Position numbers and translations under genes: made by a program. From Candidatus Poribacteria bacterium (GTDB lineage Bacteria > Poribacteria > WGA-4E > WGA-3G), in assembly GCA_965205015.1 (NCBI GenBank), contig OZ242029.1, positions 1,536,001 through 1,600,000 of the forward strand: 64,000 nucleotides of DNA, read 5' to 3'. The notes under the pieces were generated by a model that saw only the letters and a program-made list of their open reading frames with translations, did not search any database and was not told the DNA's origin. This document shows, piece after piece, positions 28,601 through 38,344 of this stretch (its first letter is position 1; every line of letters begins with the position of its first letter).

Positions 28601-28760
28601 GGGAAATGAACTTGTCCCCCTCAATGGACACATGAAAGGAGTAGGGACGTTGAAATTTTCGCCCGATGGCAAAACACTCGTCAGCGCAGGACAGGACGGC
28701 ACAATTCTTCTGTGGGATTGGGATGAAATCCTTCAAGGATCCTCTACGTTGAAGGAATGA
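25671..28760 (+). CDS. ECF sigma factor with transmembrane segment and C-terminal WD40 beta-propellers
   Basis: Sigma2 (AEEITQDTFLKAY, SWLYVIA) and sigma4 (TIKSRLRRA). TM PWAIAASTIAVVLLMLGIG. Many LAFSPDG..LASGS.D.TV.LW repeats. Confidence 0.92.
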   Translation: MKNNDIQLIQRVLAGDDDAFSALVKKYQKQVHALAWRKIGDFHIAEEITQDTFLKAYKRLPTLKKPQRFVSWLYVIAANCCSSWLRKKRLWTQPLEQLEETDNEQQQKATYSGYVVEENERIAVAAQRDVVKKLLAKLQESERTVITLHYFGEMSCTEIGAFLGVSANTIKSRLRRAQQRLKKEEPMIREALDNFHITPNLTENVMREIARIKPMTPSNSKPIMPWAIAASTIAVVLLMLGIGTHQYLGRFQKPYSFDATSEMTIELIEAPIVLNLASKTDKRTHLGNPEALNQNRTPERKPNDTAALYAEAQTDETTEDYAKWELPKAAKARLGKGGINVIQFSPDGSQLAIGSNIGVWLYDVETGKEISLFAGMCQSLTFSPDGRYLANGGGLYRTTEIQVWETATGRRVPSVRGLSPASALRFSVDGKMLISLSSWGNTIHRLDIETGQENGKHLEERQSDSEERYSEAHAITHDKVAIGGWNGEIQLWDITTGKKLFTLRGHADLSDQSLGAPSRLPLPPRPFQNQKYVLALAFSPDGTRLASGSKDTTVRLWSTISEKSILLQKHTGWTNVLAFSPDGTMLASGSTDKTVQLWDTATGGPLATLTGHLNGITALAFSSDGTILASGSTDGTVRFWKTENGDPLSTPITGHTAWVKAVAFSKESSTLASVAFNGAITFWDVKTSQKTSHQIRGHRDWLSTLAFSPDGTKLASIGAESTMVIGFSRTVNPDSLVRLTDVHTGNEVATLKDKKGVSNLTFSPDGKTVAFSNHGNIRLWNTETGNHLDISLLDQNDVHKTSLRERVNIEIHANDDSVIPQGIAIPPGMRPHQLPRISALVFSPDGTRLVSATMAGSVQMWDPETGIELTSFVAQDSDGAKHEVKDGGMVVTTTYKDPISVLAFSPNGKLLAAGSHQQIRLWNMETGNWGKGIISIDAHKDGREVFHGCEALVFSPDDTMLVNGDGNGRIQLWDIATGNELVPLNGHMKGVGTLKFSPDGKTLVSAGQDGTILLWDWDEILQGSSTLKE

Positions 28761-28825
28761 TATCCATCTACCGTCAGTTGCCAAACCAATGAAACGGAAA
28801 CTTCTTTCTGACTGCTGATGGCCAC

Positions 28826-29926
28826 TTAAAACCTGATTCTGAGGGAGATGCGATGGCTGCCGCCTAACGCCGGGTGATTGGCAAACGCATAGTCTAACCC
28901 CGCACCTGCCCCTGTAACGAATCGGAGGTTCAATCCAACTCCTGCTGTCAGTTGGCGGACACTTTCAAGACTTCCACTCCGTTCCGCTACTCCAATCCGT
29001 AAGGCAAGCAAGTCGAAAAGTGTCCACTCGGCACCCGCATGTAACTCAACAGGACTCCCCTGTGGTGTCTCAGATTTGGTCCCTGAGCCCCCCCGATTTT
29101 GGATGTAGGTATCCAGTGCAAAGATAAGCGTGCTTCGGAAGATAGGGAGTGCATGTATTGTGGCGATCCCAACTTTCAGCTGCGGCAGTATCGTTTCGGT
29201 GTGAGACGTAAGATCCGTCGATGGGGGTGGTGTATTCCAATAGAGTTTCGTCGTGAAGGCATCACTCGCCTGAAGTCCGAGCATGAGTTGATGCGATTTT
29301 TCGGGATTTGTCATTGCGATGATACCGAGGTCTGCCCCGCCACCGATGGCATTTGTGCTTCGATACCCACTCATATAGAGGAGCTTGAGCGTCCCACCAA
29401 GCCGTAAATTAATACCACGGAAAGCTGGCAGTCTCCAACCATAAGCGAAGAGGAAGGCGTTATCAGTGTTGTTAAAAGACCCGACGACCTCTGGGCGGTT
29501 TGTGGGTCCAACGGGACGGCTGACCACGGGTAGGCTGGTAATAGGGATGTCGTCAACGCCAACGCGGAGCCAGCTGACCCCGATTGCACCACGCTTTTTG
29601 AGTGGATGACTTTTGTCTTGCAAGTTTCGGTTTGCAAGCGGCACCACAAACCCGACAAAATCGTAAGCATCCTCCCCATTGAGCGTGGAGTGCATGAAAC
29701 TGACTTCATATCGAGTGAGCTGTCCCAATCCAGCAGGATTCCAATAGGGTGCGTAAGCATTGTCGCTCAAGGCAGTCCCTGCACCGCCCATAGCAAGTGC
29801 ACGGGCTCCAACCCCAAGTGTTAGGAAATCAGCTGTGTATCTTGCCTCAACAGATTGGAGAGCGACCACGCAGAACGTAGTTACACATACAAGAAAATAG
29901 AAGATAGTTTTTTTAAGATATTTCAT
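28826..29926 (-). CDS. PorV/PorQ-family outer-membrane beta-barrel
   Basis: Signal peptide. FLTLGVGARALAMGGA...YWNPAGL. C-terminal LDYAF...LGGSHRISL..F. Confidence 0.85.
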   Translation of the reverse strand: MKYLKKTIFYFLVCVTTFCVVALQSVEARYTADFLTLGVGARALAMGGAGTALSDNAYAPYWNPAGLGQLTRYEVSFMHSTLNGEDAYDFVGFVVPLANRNLQDKSHPLKKRGAIGVSWLRVGVDDIPITSLPVVSRPVGPTNRPEVVGSFNNTDNAFLFAYGWRLPAFRGINLRLGGTLKLLYMSGYRSTNAIGGGADLGIIAMTNPEKSHQLMLGLQASDAFTTKLYWNTPPPSTDLTSHTETILPQLKVGIATIHALPIFRSTLIFALDTYIQNRGGSGTKSETPQGSPVELHAGAEWTLFDLLALRIGVAERSGSLESVRQLTAGVGLNLRFVTGAGAGLDYAFANHPALGGSHRISLRIRF

Positions 29927-29932
29927 TTTTGG

Positions 29933-30066
29933 GGTTATCCGTTATCGGTTTTCAGTTAAAGAGGTATGTTGTGTCAGCAAAGTTTCCTGTGATGACTACA
30001 AGGAATCTCTTACCGACGACTGACAACTGAAAGGATTTTTTTCGAAAAAATCCGAACTGACAACCA
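29933..30066. repeat. Family 1 repeat
   Basis: gttatccgttatcggttttcagttaAAGAGG...tCTCTTaccgacgactgacaactgaaaGGATTTTTTTCGAAAAAATCCgaactgacaacc. Confidence 0.85.
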
Positions 30067-33000
30067 TTAACGCAATTTCATCATTTTGAGTATTTCGGTT
30101 ATATCTTTTTCACCCTCGCGCTGGATTCGGAGTTTAGCATAGTAAACGCCATTTGCAACCTCAACGCCATCCGCATCTCTGCCATCCCATTCCACCATGA
30201 GAAACCCAGGCGTTGCTGGCAGGGAAAGTTCCCGGATCAGCCTTCCACTCAGCGTATAGATTTTCACAACAAGTGAGTCAGCAGGGGCTGTGAGTTCGCA
30301 AGTGAGCGTTGTTTTGCGCGGAAAAGGATTTGGATAGTTAAGAAACGATAGCAGTTGCAAAGCGTCGTGGACTCGAAATGTGATCTGTTTTGTATCCATA
30401 TTTCCATGGACATCGCTTGCAGTGAGGCGAACCTCATATTCTCGCGGTTCAAGCTCCGGAGACGGATATGTCACAACGAGTTGATTTGAGCCGGGATGAT
30501 GTGTCACTTGATACGCCTCTGGATCAATACGTTCATACTCACCGAACGCATCGCCGATTTCCAGCAACAGTGGACGGGTGAGGTAATCAAGCCCACTCAA
30601 GTCAGTCAATGTTGCCCCGATGAGCGGTTCCGAATCGGTTGCGTCCCCTGGCACAAAGTGTTGTTGATTGGCAATAGTGAGTTGTATATCTGGTGGCACG
30701 GTATCGTCAGTATACAACAGCGTAATCGGTCCGAGTCGATCCGTTGTCGCTCGAATCGTGCCGACAGATCGGGTTTGAAAGCGAAATCTATCACCCGGGG
30801 TAAAGGAACGTTCGCCTTGTGTGAGTTGAAACCGCAAGCCGTAGGGCTTATATGAGAAGGGTTCTCCGACTGTTCCACGCAACGGTTGGTTTCCATCAGT
30901 TTGGGAACGCAAAATGCCGGTTCTCTCACCTTCCACCTGGAAAAGACGATCCGTCAGGAAGAAGATAATCCATCTATCCTCCGGCATCGTAGTGTCCGGC
31001 GGAAGTTCAATGTAACTGATGGTACCCGTGCCTCGGTTGGTGTCCCTGAATCCAGACGCATACCAACGCTGCTGTTGTTGCGGGGTATCGAGATCAGGCT
31101 CAACATCCGGGGGTTGTATCAGAGAAGTTATGTTGAATGTTAGGATATCCCCGAATGCAAAAGGTTTTTCAAAATTGAGTTCTACATTAAGCGAGAAGCC
31201 GTGTCTGAAGCTTGGCAAGTCTGTCGTAAAGTTTCCAAGCTGCTCTGCGGATGCGATAACTTCCAATGGCTCGAGTGCCTGCGTATCATCTATTGAAGGC
31301 GCAAGGAAAAGCCGATAGGTTTGAGGACCTGTAAAGAAGAGGACGTATTTACCGGTCCGAGTGCCTTCGGACTGGATACGGACATCGCGAAGTGTACTTT
31401 CCCCAAAGTTTTCCTCACTCACATTTGTTATGTGTATCTGCTGCTGTAACGCGCCTGTAGTATCAACAAGTTGTTGAGAAGGAAGCCTCGTCCAATTTCC
31501 GAGCGTTGAGTTAAACATATAGATGCCCAACTCACGTGCGCGGGATGCGAGGGCGGTGTTAATTGTATCTGCAACCCCAAATTCATCGGGCATTTCTTCT
31601 AAAGGTGTCTCTTCGGATTCGATACCGCCCAAGAGTTCTCGCGTGAGTTGTGTTCTGAGTGCACCGAGATCGAAACTTAAGTCGATCGCCACCGGTGCGG
31701 TAAGTTTAAGGGGTGTCGGATCTCGGAAACCGTTGGATGCTGTGCTGAGAGTTGACTGCTGCCCACTGATGGTTACTATTTCATAGCCGTAAGCAGAAAT
31801 CCCAGGGAGCGGTGCCCGCTTGGACATTTCCTCAGATTCATTGGGCGCTGAGGGTTTCGACGTTGTGGTAAGAGAACCCATCCCTATCGCCGCGAACTCT
31901 CGTTCATCTAAGGCACGGGCTGCCAGTACTGCTGTTTCTTGGAAACCACCAGGCGGAACAGTGATAATGCAGTTCCGATCCAAACTGGTAATCTGACTCG
32001 AAGAAGCCGTTCCCACTGCACTCGTATCGACAAAGAGTCGTCGGTAATCGATATTATCTTCCTCATCGTTTTCAAGGACATCCCCTGGCTGATCCGCTTC
32101 AGTGTTTGTCACATCAATATAGACAAATATGTCGTGTGTGCCGAGAGGTAGCGGGTCTTTCAGATTTAGAGTAGCCGTTGCGATTGGGAATGTATTCAGG
32201 GGATCGGGTTCATAAACATCCTTCTTTGCACCGGGGTTCGCCAACGGCGTGCGTTGCACCCAATCGTTGGGCTGGACGCGGGTAGTCCCGAGAAGATTTA
32301 TATCGTCGTCAACAAGCGTATCATCATTAACATCCGGATTGCCACTGAAAAAAGCGACCTCAATGGGGGTCTGGATACGTTCGCCTTCTATCTGTACATC
32401 CGCCGAGAGGTACCATTGCTCCGTTTTCGTGTTATAGCCGTACCCAATCCTATTCGTTCTGTCGACCTCCACAATTGTAAGATTCGGATATACGTAGGGA
32501 TAATATTGAAGCCTGTCGCTTGTAACCGTATTGTTATCTATATCCGTGACTTGAAGAGTATACCGGATAGCGGAACCATCTGTCGGCGCGTTGAGTGGTT
32601 CAGGTACCGTCCACCATCCGTCCTCCGACAACGGAGGCTCTGCTGGAACGAGCTGGAGCTTCTCCCATTCCCGACTCTGTGGGTTCCGCCAGTCCAAGAG
32701 GACCAGGAATAGTTCCTCTTTTTCATCGGAAACCTGAACGGAGATACGGAACTTGTCCTCATCAACTAACTCGGGTTTAATGTCAAGGATTTTTGGGATA
32801 TTGACGGTAAATCCATCACCCCCGACAGCAACAGTCGTGTTACTTTGGGCATAGTACTCGACATGGGCATCACCGCTGGCGATGTTTTTCGGAACAGAGA
32901 AAGTTAAAGCAGGATAGGCACCGCGGTTAACATTTGCCGTTTTCGTGAGAATCACGTCTCCAGTGTAGTATTTTACTGGACCTGCAACACCTTGAGCCGT

Positions 33001-36000
33001 AGCTGTCTTCCCAGGAAACAAAGCTTTAACGGTGAGTGTGCCGTTAAAAGTCGTATCGGTAACAAAACGTTTTGTTCGGCTTGCTGCGTCGTAAGTAGCA
33101 GTCTGTACGTGCCCGGCTGCAATTCGGAGGGTATCTCCAAGCGCAACAGTTTTTGTCTCAATAGTCGGTCGAATTTCACGATTAGCGATCGCAATTTGTA
33201 AGGCAGGGTCTCCGAAAAGGGTATATTCCATCATAATATCAATTTGACCCGTGCCTTCTGTCATTAAAAGTTCAACCTTTGAATCGAAGCTCAAGGGACC
33301 GAGTTGTCGAACGTTTCGTTTAAAGAGCATGTCAAAGATGATACGGTTGAGGGCATCGTTTCCGCTACCATAGGTGAGGCGGGTTGCGCTCAACATGCCG
33401 ATGATACCGCCTCTCTCTTTACGTAACAATTTCTCCGCCATGCTCGGTTCGCCAGGCTTGTCAAAATAGCCGTTGTAACAACTCAAAACTAACATGAAAG
33501 GGATTTTATCGGTTTCCTCAACTTGATCAACAGAGGCATTATCAAAGATCGCTTCGTGCGCCCAAACAATTCTCCCCCCGTGCCCAGCATATTGTGCGAG
33601 TACAGCCCCCTCTCCGAGTGCCTCAATGATCTGATCTTTCGCAACGCGTTGCGGCAAGAGTCCTGGGTAATCCGCGGGATGCGCTTCCACTTGGTCGATA
33701 ACATCTTCAAGGAATACTTCCACGGTTTCATAGCCAAGGCGCGTGTGATCTTTCGCTATTTCATCAAGGCTTTTCTTGAAGATAAAATCTCCGGAGTTGC
33801 TAACCTCATCGTCAGCAACAGAAATAATCCTCCTCCGCCAGTCTCCATTAGGCGGTGCCTGCTCATAAGCGATAATCTTGTCAACAACCGCTTCCGCTTC
33901 GTCTATGGTTTCAATACTAAGCCTACCGAGATAGAAATCGGTGAATTCATCGTGTCCGGAGACAGTCGCATACCAGTGATCTGCGGCGGTCCGTCCGAAG
34001 GAATCGGTTCGAATATAATGGGTCGGAATGTATCCAATCCGTTCAGGCGGTTCAGCATAAATGTCTGTGTCAATGCCGCGAAAATCGAAGGTGCCGTCGC
34101 CAAAAAGGACGACATACGTTGGTGCCGGCGGGGTCCAAGACTGATATGCATGTTTCAGAAACGCCTTAATAGCCTTCGGACTCACGCCACCATCCCCAAA
34201 GGTGTTGTAGATATCATCGGTCGTAACAATTTTCGCGCGGTATCCCCCCCCACCAGGAGCCGCGCGCCACGCTGCCAACCGTTGTGCGGCGGATAGGAAG
34301 TTAGGATGTGTCACAATTAGATAATCAGCCCCGTGCACTGCAGTCGCTAAGTCTGTAGGCATAACAACCTCAATGCGGTCGGGTTGACGCAATGCTGTAT
34401 TGGAAACGGCGATAAAGTGTGTGCTTCGGGTATCAGGCACTTGGAAAAGCGCATTATACGAATTAGAGCGTTCTGCGTCTACTTCCACATTCACACCCTG
34501 CATCTGGGCAGTAAGGTATGTACCATCCGTCTCAAAGATATGTATCCGTGGGTCACGGAACGCCTCAATTTTATACTGAAGTTTACGCCCTCCAGGAAGT
34601 GTCCGCTCTTGGGAGGTTGCCTCGGCAGTGGGTGATCTGAACCATAACTCGTCAGCAACGGCTCGGAAGAGGCGAGTATACTCGACAGAAAAACGGTTGA
34701 GGTAGACATGATAGGGGTATCGGGTGGTATCTTCATCAACGTTGCTGTCAACTCTGGCTAAAGACAACACGTTCTGCTCGCCCTTGACGCTGTCCTTGAG
34801 CGTATCCCAAGTGCGCAATGTACGTCCAATAGTGAGTGTGTCCTGCTGTTCCCACTTCGCGAAATCGATCCGGACCCCATTAATAGCGACCAAAATCTCG
34901 TGTGATACCGGTGTACCACCCTGCAAATCAACGGAGATACGTGGTGGGTCAAAGCTTTTTGCGACATCATAAAGCGGAAATTCGAGGCGCATTTCGGCAG
35001 CATCGCCCCCATTTTTGATACCGTCCCAGTACCAGAAATCCAAAGCATCAAACCAACCGTGCTTGTCACCCGGCGAAACAGTCTCGGTATGGACAAATTC
35101 GAGGTTACTCGTCAGGTAATCCTCTTCAAAATTCACTTTAGAACGGAAAGTAGGAACCTGCGTTGCTGTTTGGTCTGTGGGACTGGCGGTAATCTGTGGC
35201 ACCCGTGTCGGGATACGACCCCTGTTGTCAATAGTGAGCCAATAGACATTCCAACGACTATATCGATTTTTGGGTTTGTGACCAAGGAAAAAGAGAGCGT
35301 CGTTCGGGTCAAAACTGCCATCCGCCGCACCACTGATGTAGATAGGGATATCTCTATTTCCTTGTGTGAGTCGAAGTCTCGCAGGATGCGTACCGATGAT
35401 CTCTACACCCCAATCGTTCTGTAGAGATGCCGCTGTCACTGCATAGATGCCTGTCTCTTGGACAGACAACTTATAGCGTGTTTCAGTACCCCCGTTGGGG
35501 ATGAGTGTTGGTGCTGCAGGCACCTGTGGACGGGGTGCTCGAAAACGGGCGGCTTGCTCAGCGTTTAAGAGCTGATGTGAAAATGCACGCTCAAACGCCT
35601 CCGATTCTGGGGCAATTGTCCCTTGGACAGGGAAGATTTGTGAACCGCTCCCTTGTGCTGTTAGCGGTCCTCCCTGTTCCGTATAGGAGAAACGAATGTT
35701 CACTGTGAAACGTGAATACAAACGCAGCGTCCGGGTGTTCGGCAGATATTGCACTGGATATAGTGCCAACGCGATAACCCGTTGATTCCGAATATAGCCT
35801 TCGCGCACGATCCGAGCAAGCGGATGTCCAGGGTATGAACGGTTTCCAGCAAACGCGCCATTTTCTTTTAACTGATACGCGCTCCCGCTTTCTGACCAGT
35901 GCTGCGAAGCTGCGTGTTGTGAATTGCGTTCATGTATATCAAAAATCGGAACTGGAACGAGACGCACGCCGGTGCGTGTCTCAGCGGGTGCAGCAGAGAC

Positions 36001-36333
36001 ATCGACTGCTTCAATTGTCGCCATCGCGGGTATACCCAACATGAGGCGCGTGACGGGAATTTTGGGGTTTCCCGGCTCGTCGATGAAGTGACATTCTGCG
36101 TACTGCACCTCTTGGTAGCGGATATTATTCCGGGTTACCTCGGATATCGTCAGCTCTGGCAAGGTGAATTGAAGCGTGATTCCGTCTGTCGATGTCGTTT
36201 GGGTAATCTCCGCGAAGGAATCGGGGTTACAAACCCCTCCTATAAAGGTGAGGACGTAGATACCCAGTAAAATAATTTTCAATTTTACCTTACGGAGTAA
36301 TAAAGGGCGTTTGAACTGTTGCGTGCATTCCAT
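30067..36333 (-). CDS. C25 (gingipain/PorU-like) cysteine peptidase with propeptide and FlgD-Ig/T9SS-type C-terminal domain
   Basis: Propeptide (GNPKIPV...ALYPVQY). ADYLIVTH, YVVLFGDG, YLGRL. Catalytic AGHG and LSCYNG. LFGDPAL. CTD NYPNPF...KIYTLSGRLI...WDGRD...ANGVYY. Confidence 0.88.
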   Translation of the reverse strand: MECTQQFKRPLLLRKVKLKIILLGIYVLTFIGGVCNPDSFAEITQTTSTDGITLQFTLPELTISEVTRNNIRYQEVQYAECHFIDEPGNPKIPVTRLMLGIPAMATIEAVDVSAAPAETRTGVRLVPVPIFDIHERNSQHAASQHWSESGSAYQLKENGAFAGNRSYPGHPLARIVREGYIRNQRVIALALYPVQYLPNTRTLRLYSRFTVNIRFSYTEQGGPLTAQGSGSQIFPVQGTIAPESEAFERAFSHQLLNAEQAARFRAPRPQVPAAPTLIPNGGTETRYKLSVQETGIYAVTAASLQNDWGVEIIGTHPARLRLTQGNRDIPIYISGAADGSFDPNDALFFLGHKPKNRYSRWNVYWLTIDNRGRIPTRVPQITASPTDQTATQVPTFRSKVNFEEDYLTSNLEFVHTETVSPGDKHGWFDALDFWYWDGIKNGGDAAEMRLEFPLYDVAKSFDPPRISVDLQGGTPVSHEILVAINGVRIDFAKWEQQDTLTIGRTLRTWDTLKDSVKGEQNVLSLARVDSNVDEDTTRYPYHVYLNRFSVEYTRLFRAVADELWFRSPTAEATSQERTLPGGRKLQYKIEAFRDPRIHIFETDGTYLTAQMQGVNVEVDAERSNSYNALFQVPDTRSTHFIAVSNTALRQPDRIEVVMPTDLATAVHGADYLIVTHPNFLSAAQRLAAWRAAPGGGGYRAKIVTTDDIYNTFGDGGVSPKAIKAFLKHAYQSWTPPAPTYVVLFGDGTFDFRGIDTDIYAEPPERIGYIPTHYIRTDSFGRTAADHWYATVSGHDEFTDFYLGRLSIETIDEAEAVVDKIIAYEQAPPNGDWRRRIISVADDEVSNSGDFIFKKSLDEIAKDHTRLGYETVEVFLEDVIDQVEAHPADYPGLLPQRVAKDQIIEALGEGAVLAQYAGHGGRIVWAHEAIFDNASVDQVEETDKIPFMLVLSCYNGYFDKPGEPSMAEKLLRKERGGIIGMLSATRLTYGSGNDALNRIIFDMLFKRNVRQLGPLSFDSKVELLMTEGTGQIDIMMEYTLFGDPALQIAIANREIRPTIETKTVALGDTLRIAAGHVQTATYDAASRTKRFVTDTTFNGTLTVKALFPGKTATAQGVAGPVKYYTGDVILTKTANVNRGAYPALTFSVPKNIASGDAHVEYYAQSNTTVAVGGDGFTVNIPKILDIKPELVDEDKFRISVQVSDEKEELFLVLLDWRNPQSREWEKLQLVPAEPPLSEDGWWTVPEPLNAPTDGSAIRYTLQVTDIDNNTVTSDRLQYYPYVYPNLTIVEVDRTNRIGYGYNTKTEQWYLSADVQIEGERIQTPIEVAFFSGNPDVNDDTLVDDDINLLGTTRVQPNDWVQRTPLANPGAKKDVYEPDPLNTFPIATATLNLKDPLPLGTHDIFVYIDVTNTEADQPGDVLENDEEDNIDYRRLFVDTSAVGTASSSQITSLDRNCIITVPPGGFQETAVLAARALDEREFAAIGMGSLTTTSKPSAPNESEEMSKRAPLPGISAYGYEIVTISGQQSTLSTASNGFRDPTPLKLTAPVAIDLSFDLGALRTQLTRELLGGIESEETPLEEMPDEFGVADTINTALASRARELGIYMFNSTLGNWTRLPSQQLVDTTGALQQQIHITNVSEENFGESTLRDVRIQSEGTRTGKYVLFFTGPQTYRLFLAPSIDDTQALEPLEVIASAEQLGNFTTDLPSFRHGFSLNVELNFEKPFAFGDILTFNITSLIQPPDVEPDLDTPQQQQRWYASGFRDTNRGTGTISYIELPPDTTMPEDRWIIFFLTDRLFQVEGERTGILRSQTDGNQPLRGTVGEPFSYKPYGLRFQLTQGERSFTPGDRFRFQTRSVGTIRATTDRLGPITLLYTDDTVPPDIQLTIANQQHFVPGDATDSEPLIGATLTDLSGLDYLTRPLLLEIGDAFGEYERIDPEAYQVTHHPGSNQLVVTYPSPELEPREYEVRLTASDVHGNMDTKQITFRVHDALQLLSFLNYPNPFPRKTTLTCELTAPADSLVVKIYTLSGRLIRELSLPATPGFLMVEWDGRDADGVEVANGVYYAKLRIQREGEKDITEILKMMKLR

Positions 36334-36515
36334 CTATCCGTTCTCCATTTCATTACGGACTACAGGTTTGGACTTTGGCCTTGGCAATAGTATTTTTAAT
36401 TTTACCTTAAGAAACAATGAAAGACCCGTAGCCTGCAAAAACACGCAGGCGGATATGAGGAAGGTCCCCTAAAGAGAGAACCCGCGTCTTTTCTCCGCAA
36501 GGAATAATTAAAAAA
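36278..36515. repeat. Family 2 repeat cluster
   Basis: CTCCATTTCATTACGGACTAC (reverse of GTAGTCCGTAATGAAATGGAG), GCAAAAACACGCAGGCG, and three AAGG(T)AAAATT-type ends. Confidence 0.7.
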
Positions 36516-36567
36516 ACGAAACTTTGTGTTATAAGTGTTATGCGAAGGGTATATCCTTCACTTTTTT

Positions 36568-37548
36568 CTATCTCACCTTTAAAATAATTTTTCCGAAGTT
36601 GCGATTCGCTTCCATGTATTTGTGGGCTTGGGGTGCTTCTGCCAATGGAAAAACGGTGTCAACAATGGGGCGGATGCTGCCGCGCGCCAATTCGGGCAAC
36701 CAGCGATCCATAAAGCGTTGTGTGACACCGATTTTTTCGTCAATAGATCGGGTCCGTAGGACAGAGCCTATCAGTTGGAGCCTGTTGCGCATCAGTGTGT
36801 TGAGGTTAATTTCTGTGCCTGAACCACCGATTAATCCGAGTTGTAAAAGCCTGCCTTTTGTTTTAAGCACGGAAAGGTTTCGTTCAAGATAGGGTGCTCC
36901 GATAAAGTCGACAACAACATCTACCCCTTGTCCATCTGTCAAGCGTAGGATCTCGGCAACGAAGTCGCTTTCTTTGTAGTTGATGCCCTCTACTGCACCG
37001 AGTGCCTTGCAATTTTCAATTTTTTCTGAGGTCCCTGCGGTCACAAAAACCGTGGCACCGGCGTGATGTGAGATTTGAACGCCAGCAGTGCCAACACCAC
37101 TCCCTCCTGCGTGAATCAGGATCGCCTCACCGGCTGATAATCTCCCCTGGGTGAAAATGTTATCACTTGCTGTAAAAAATACTTCCGGCACAGCGGCAGC
37201 TTGTTCAAAAGTCCATTCGTCAGGCATCGGCATTGCCATGCGGTAATCAATGACGGCTTGCTCGGCATAACCACCACCCCCAACGAGTCCAAAAACGCGG
37301 TCCCCTTTCGACACGCCTTTTACGGCGTTGCCTATCGCTGAAACGGTACCAGCGATCTCTAAGCCGAGGACCTCAGAATCGCCTGGCGGTGGGGGATATC
37401 CACCGCGTCGTTGAATCATATCGGCTCGATTTAAGGCAGTCGCATGAACGTCCACCAAGACTTGCGATTCTGTTGGGTTCGGTGATGAGACTTCGCCTAA
37501 TTGCAGGACTTCCGGTCCACCATCACCCGTTCTAATAATTGCTTTCAC
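36568..37548 (-). CDS. NAD(P)H-quinone oxidoreductase, PIG3 family
   Basis: ALNRAD..QRRGGYPPPPG, LGLE, HAGGSGVGTA, NFGKIIL. Confidence 0.93.
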   Translation of the reverse strand: MKAIIRTGDGGPEVLQLGEVSSPNPTESQVLVDVHATALNRADMIQRRGGYPPPPGDSEVLGLEIAGTVSAIGNAVKGVSKGDRVFGLVGGGGYAEQAVIDYRMAMPMPDEWTFEQAAAVPEVFFTASDNIFTQGRLSAGEAILIHAGGSGVGTAGVQISHHAGATVFVTAGTSEKIENCKALGAVEGINYKESDFVAEILRLTDGQGVDVVVDFIGAPYLERNLSVLKTKGRLLQLGLIGGSGTEINLNTLMRNRLQLIGSVLRTRSIDEKIGVTQRFMDRWLPELARGSIRPIVDTVFPLAEAPQAHKYMEANRNFGKIILKVR

Positions 37549-37755
37549 TGTGTGTACTCCACTTTCTCTTTTAATATTTTATCCAATTTTAGCACATTTA
37601 GAAAGGTTATACCACCTTTACTGGATGTGAACGTGTCAGTTTTCGGCGTCGACTATAGGAAAAACAAGAAGGTTACAACTTTTTCAGTTTACTAACGTCT
37701 AAAAGAATTGAGCACCTCAGAAGCACAAAAAACTATACAAGAAAAGGAAGGGGAA

Positions 37756-38226
37756 ATGGGAAAAAGAAAAGTTAGAAACTCAAAGAAAACCGCGAATCGT
37801 CGCTTCAATCCAGTAAAAGCGAAGCTGGAATCTATAAATGAGTGTTTTGAGCAATTACGGTATGGGCTACCGGAAAACGAAGAAGAATATATTGAAGCGG
37901 ACAGGATCACACATTCTTATGTTAAAAGCTGCTTCCTTATGATTATTCAGCGCGCTGTGGACATCAACAATGTTATTATCGAATTTAGTGGACAGACCCC
38001 ACCACAGCAAAAACTCCATAGTTTTCGTGCCTTATATCAAAACAGGGCGATCGATCAAGAGACTTTAGACTTTTTCATCAAAGCTTTAGATTTCTATGAA
38101 AAAATCGCGAATCCCTACCAAGAACTCGCTCCTTCAGAACTGTATGATGCCGCGCTCCAACTTTTGAAGTACGGTGAATCCTACACCCACCAACTCGAAA
38201 ATTTCTTCGTAAGTCGTTCACCTTGA
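37756..38226 (+). CDS. DUF86/HepT-like HEPN protein with degenerate active site
   Basis: IIQRAVDINNVII...P.....SFRAL pattern. The expected RNxxxHxY reads FYEKIANPY. Start after the AAGGAAGGGG RBS. Confidence 0.6.
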   Translation: MGKRKVRNSKKTANRRFNPVKAKLESINECFEQLRYGLPENEEEYIEADRITHSYVKSCFLMIIQRAVDINNVIIEFSGQTPPQQKLHSFRALYQNRAIDQETLDFFIKALDFYEKIANPYQELAPSELYDAALQLLKYGESYTHQLENFFVSRSP

Positions 38227-38267
38227 GGAAAATAAGCAAAGAAGCTCGCTGATCCGTAAAAAAGAAA

Positions 38268-38320
38268 CGGCGTTTCCTCCCCCACCCAAAGGCAGAGGAT
38301 TCCACGCCGAAGATGTGATG
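38268..38320 (+). mobile_element. Possible IS200/IS605-type end hairpin relic
   Basis: CGGCGTTTCCTCCCCCACCCAAAGGCAGAGGATTCCACGCCG stem-loop. No transposase nearby. Confidence 0.4.
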
Positions 38321-38344
38321 CGTTAGAAACCATTTCTATCCGCT

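Noticed and set aside
33523-34296. Long antisense ORFs (e.g. 257 aa here, 198 aa at 48751)
   Set aside because: Shadow frames of well-supported genes, with no recognisable motifs.
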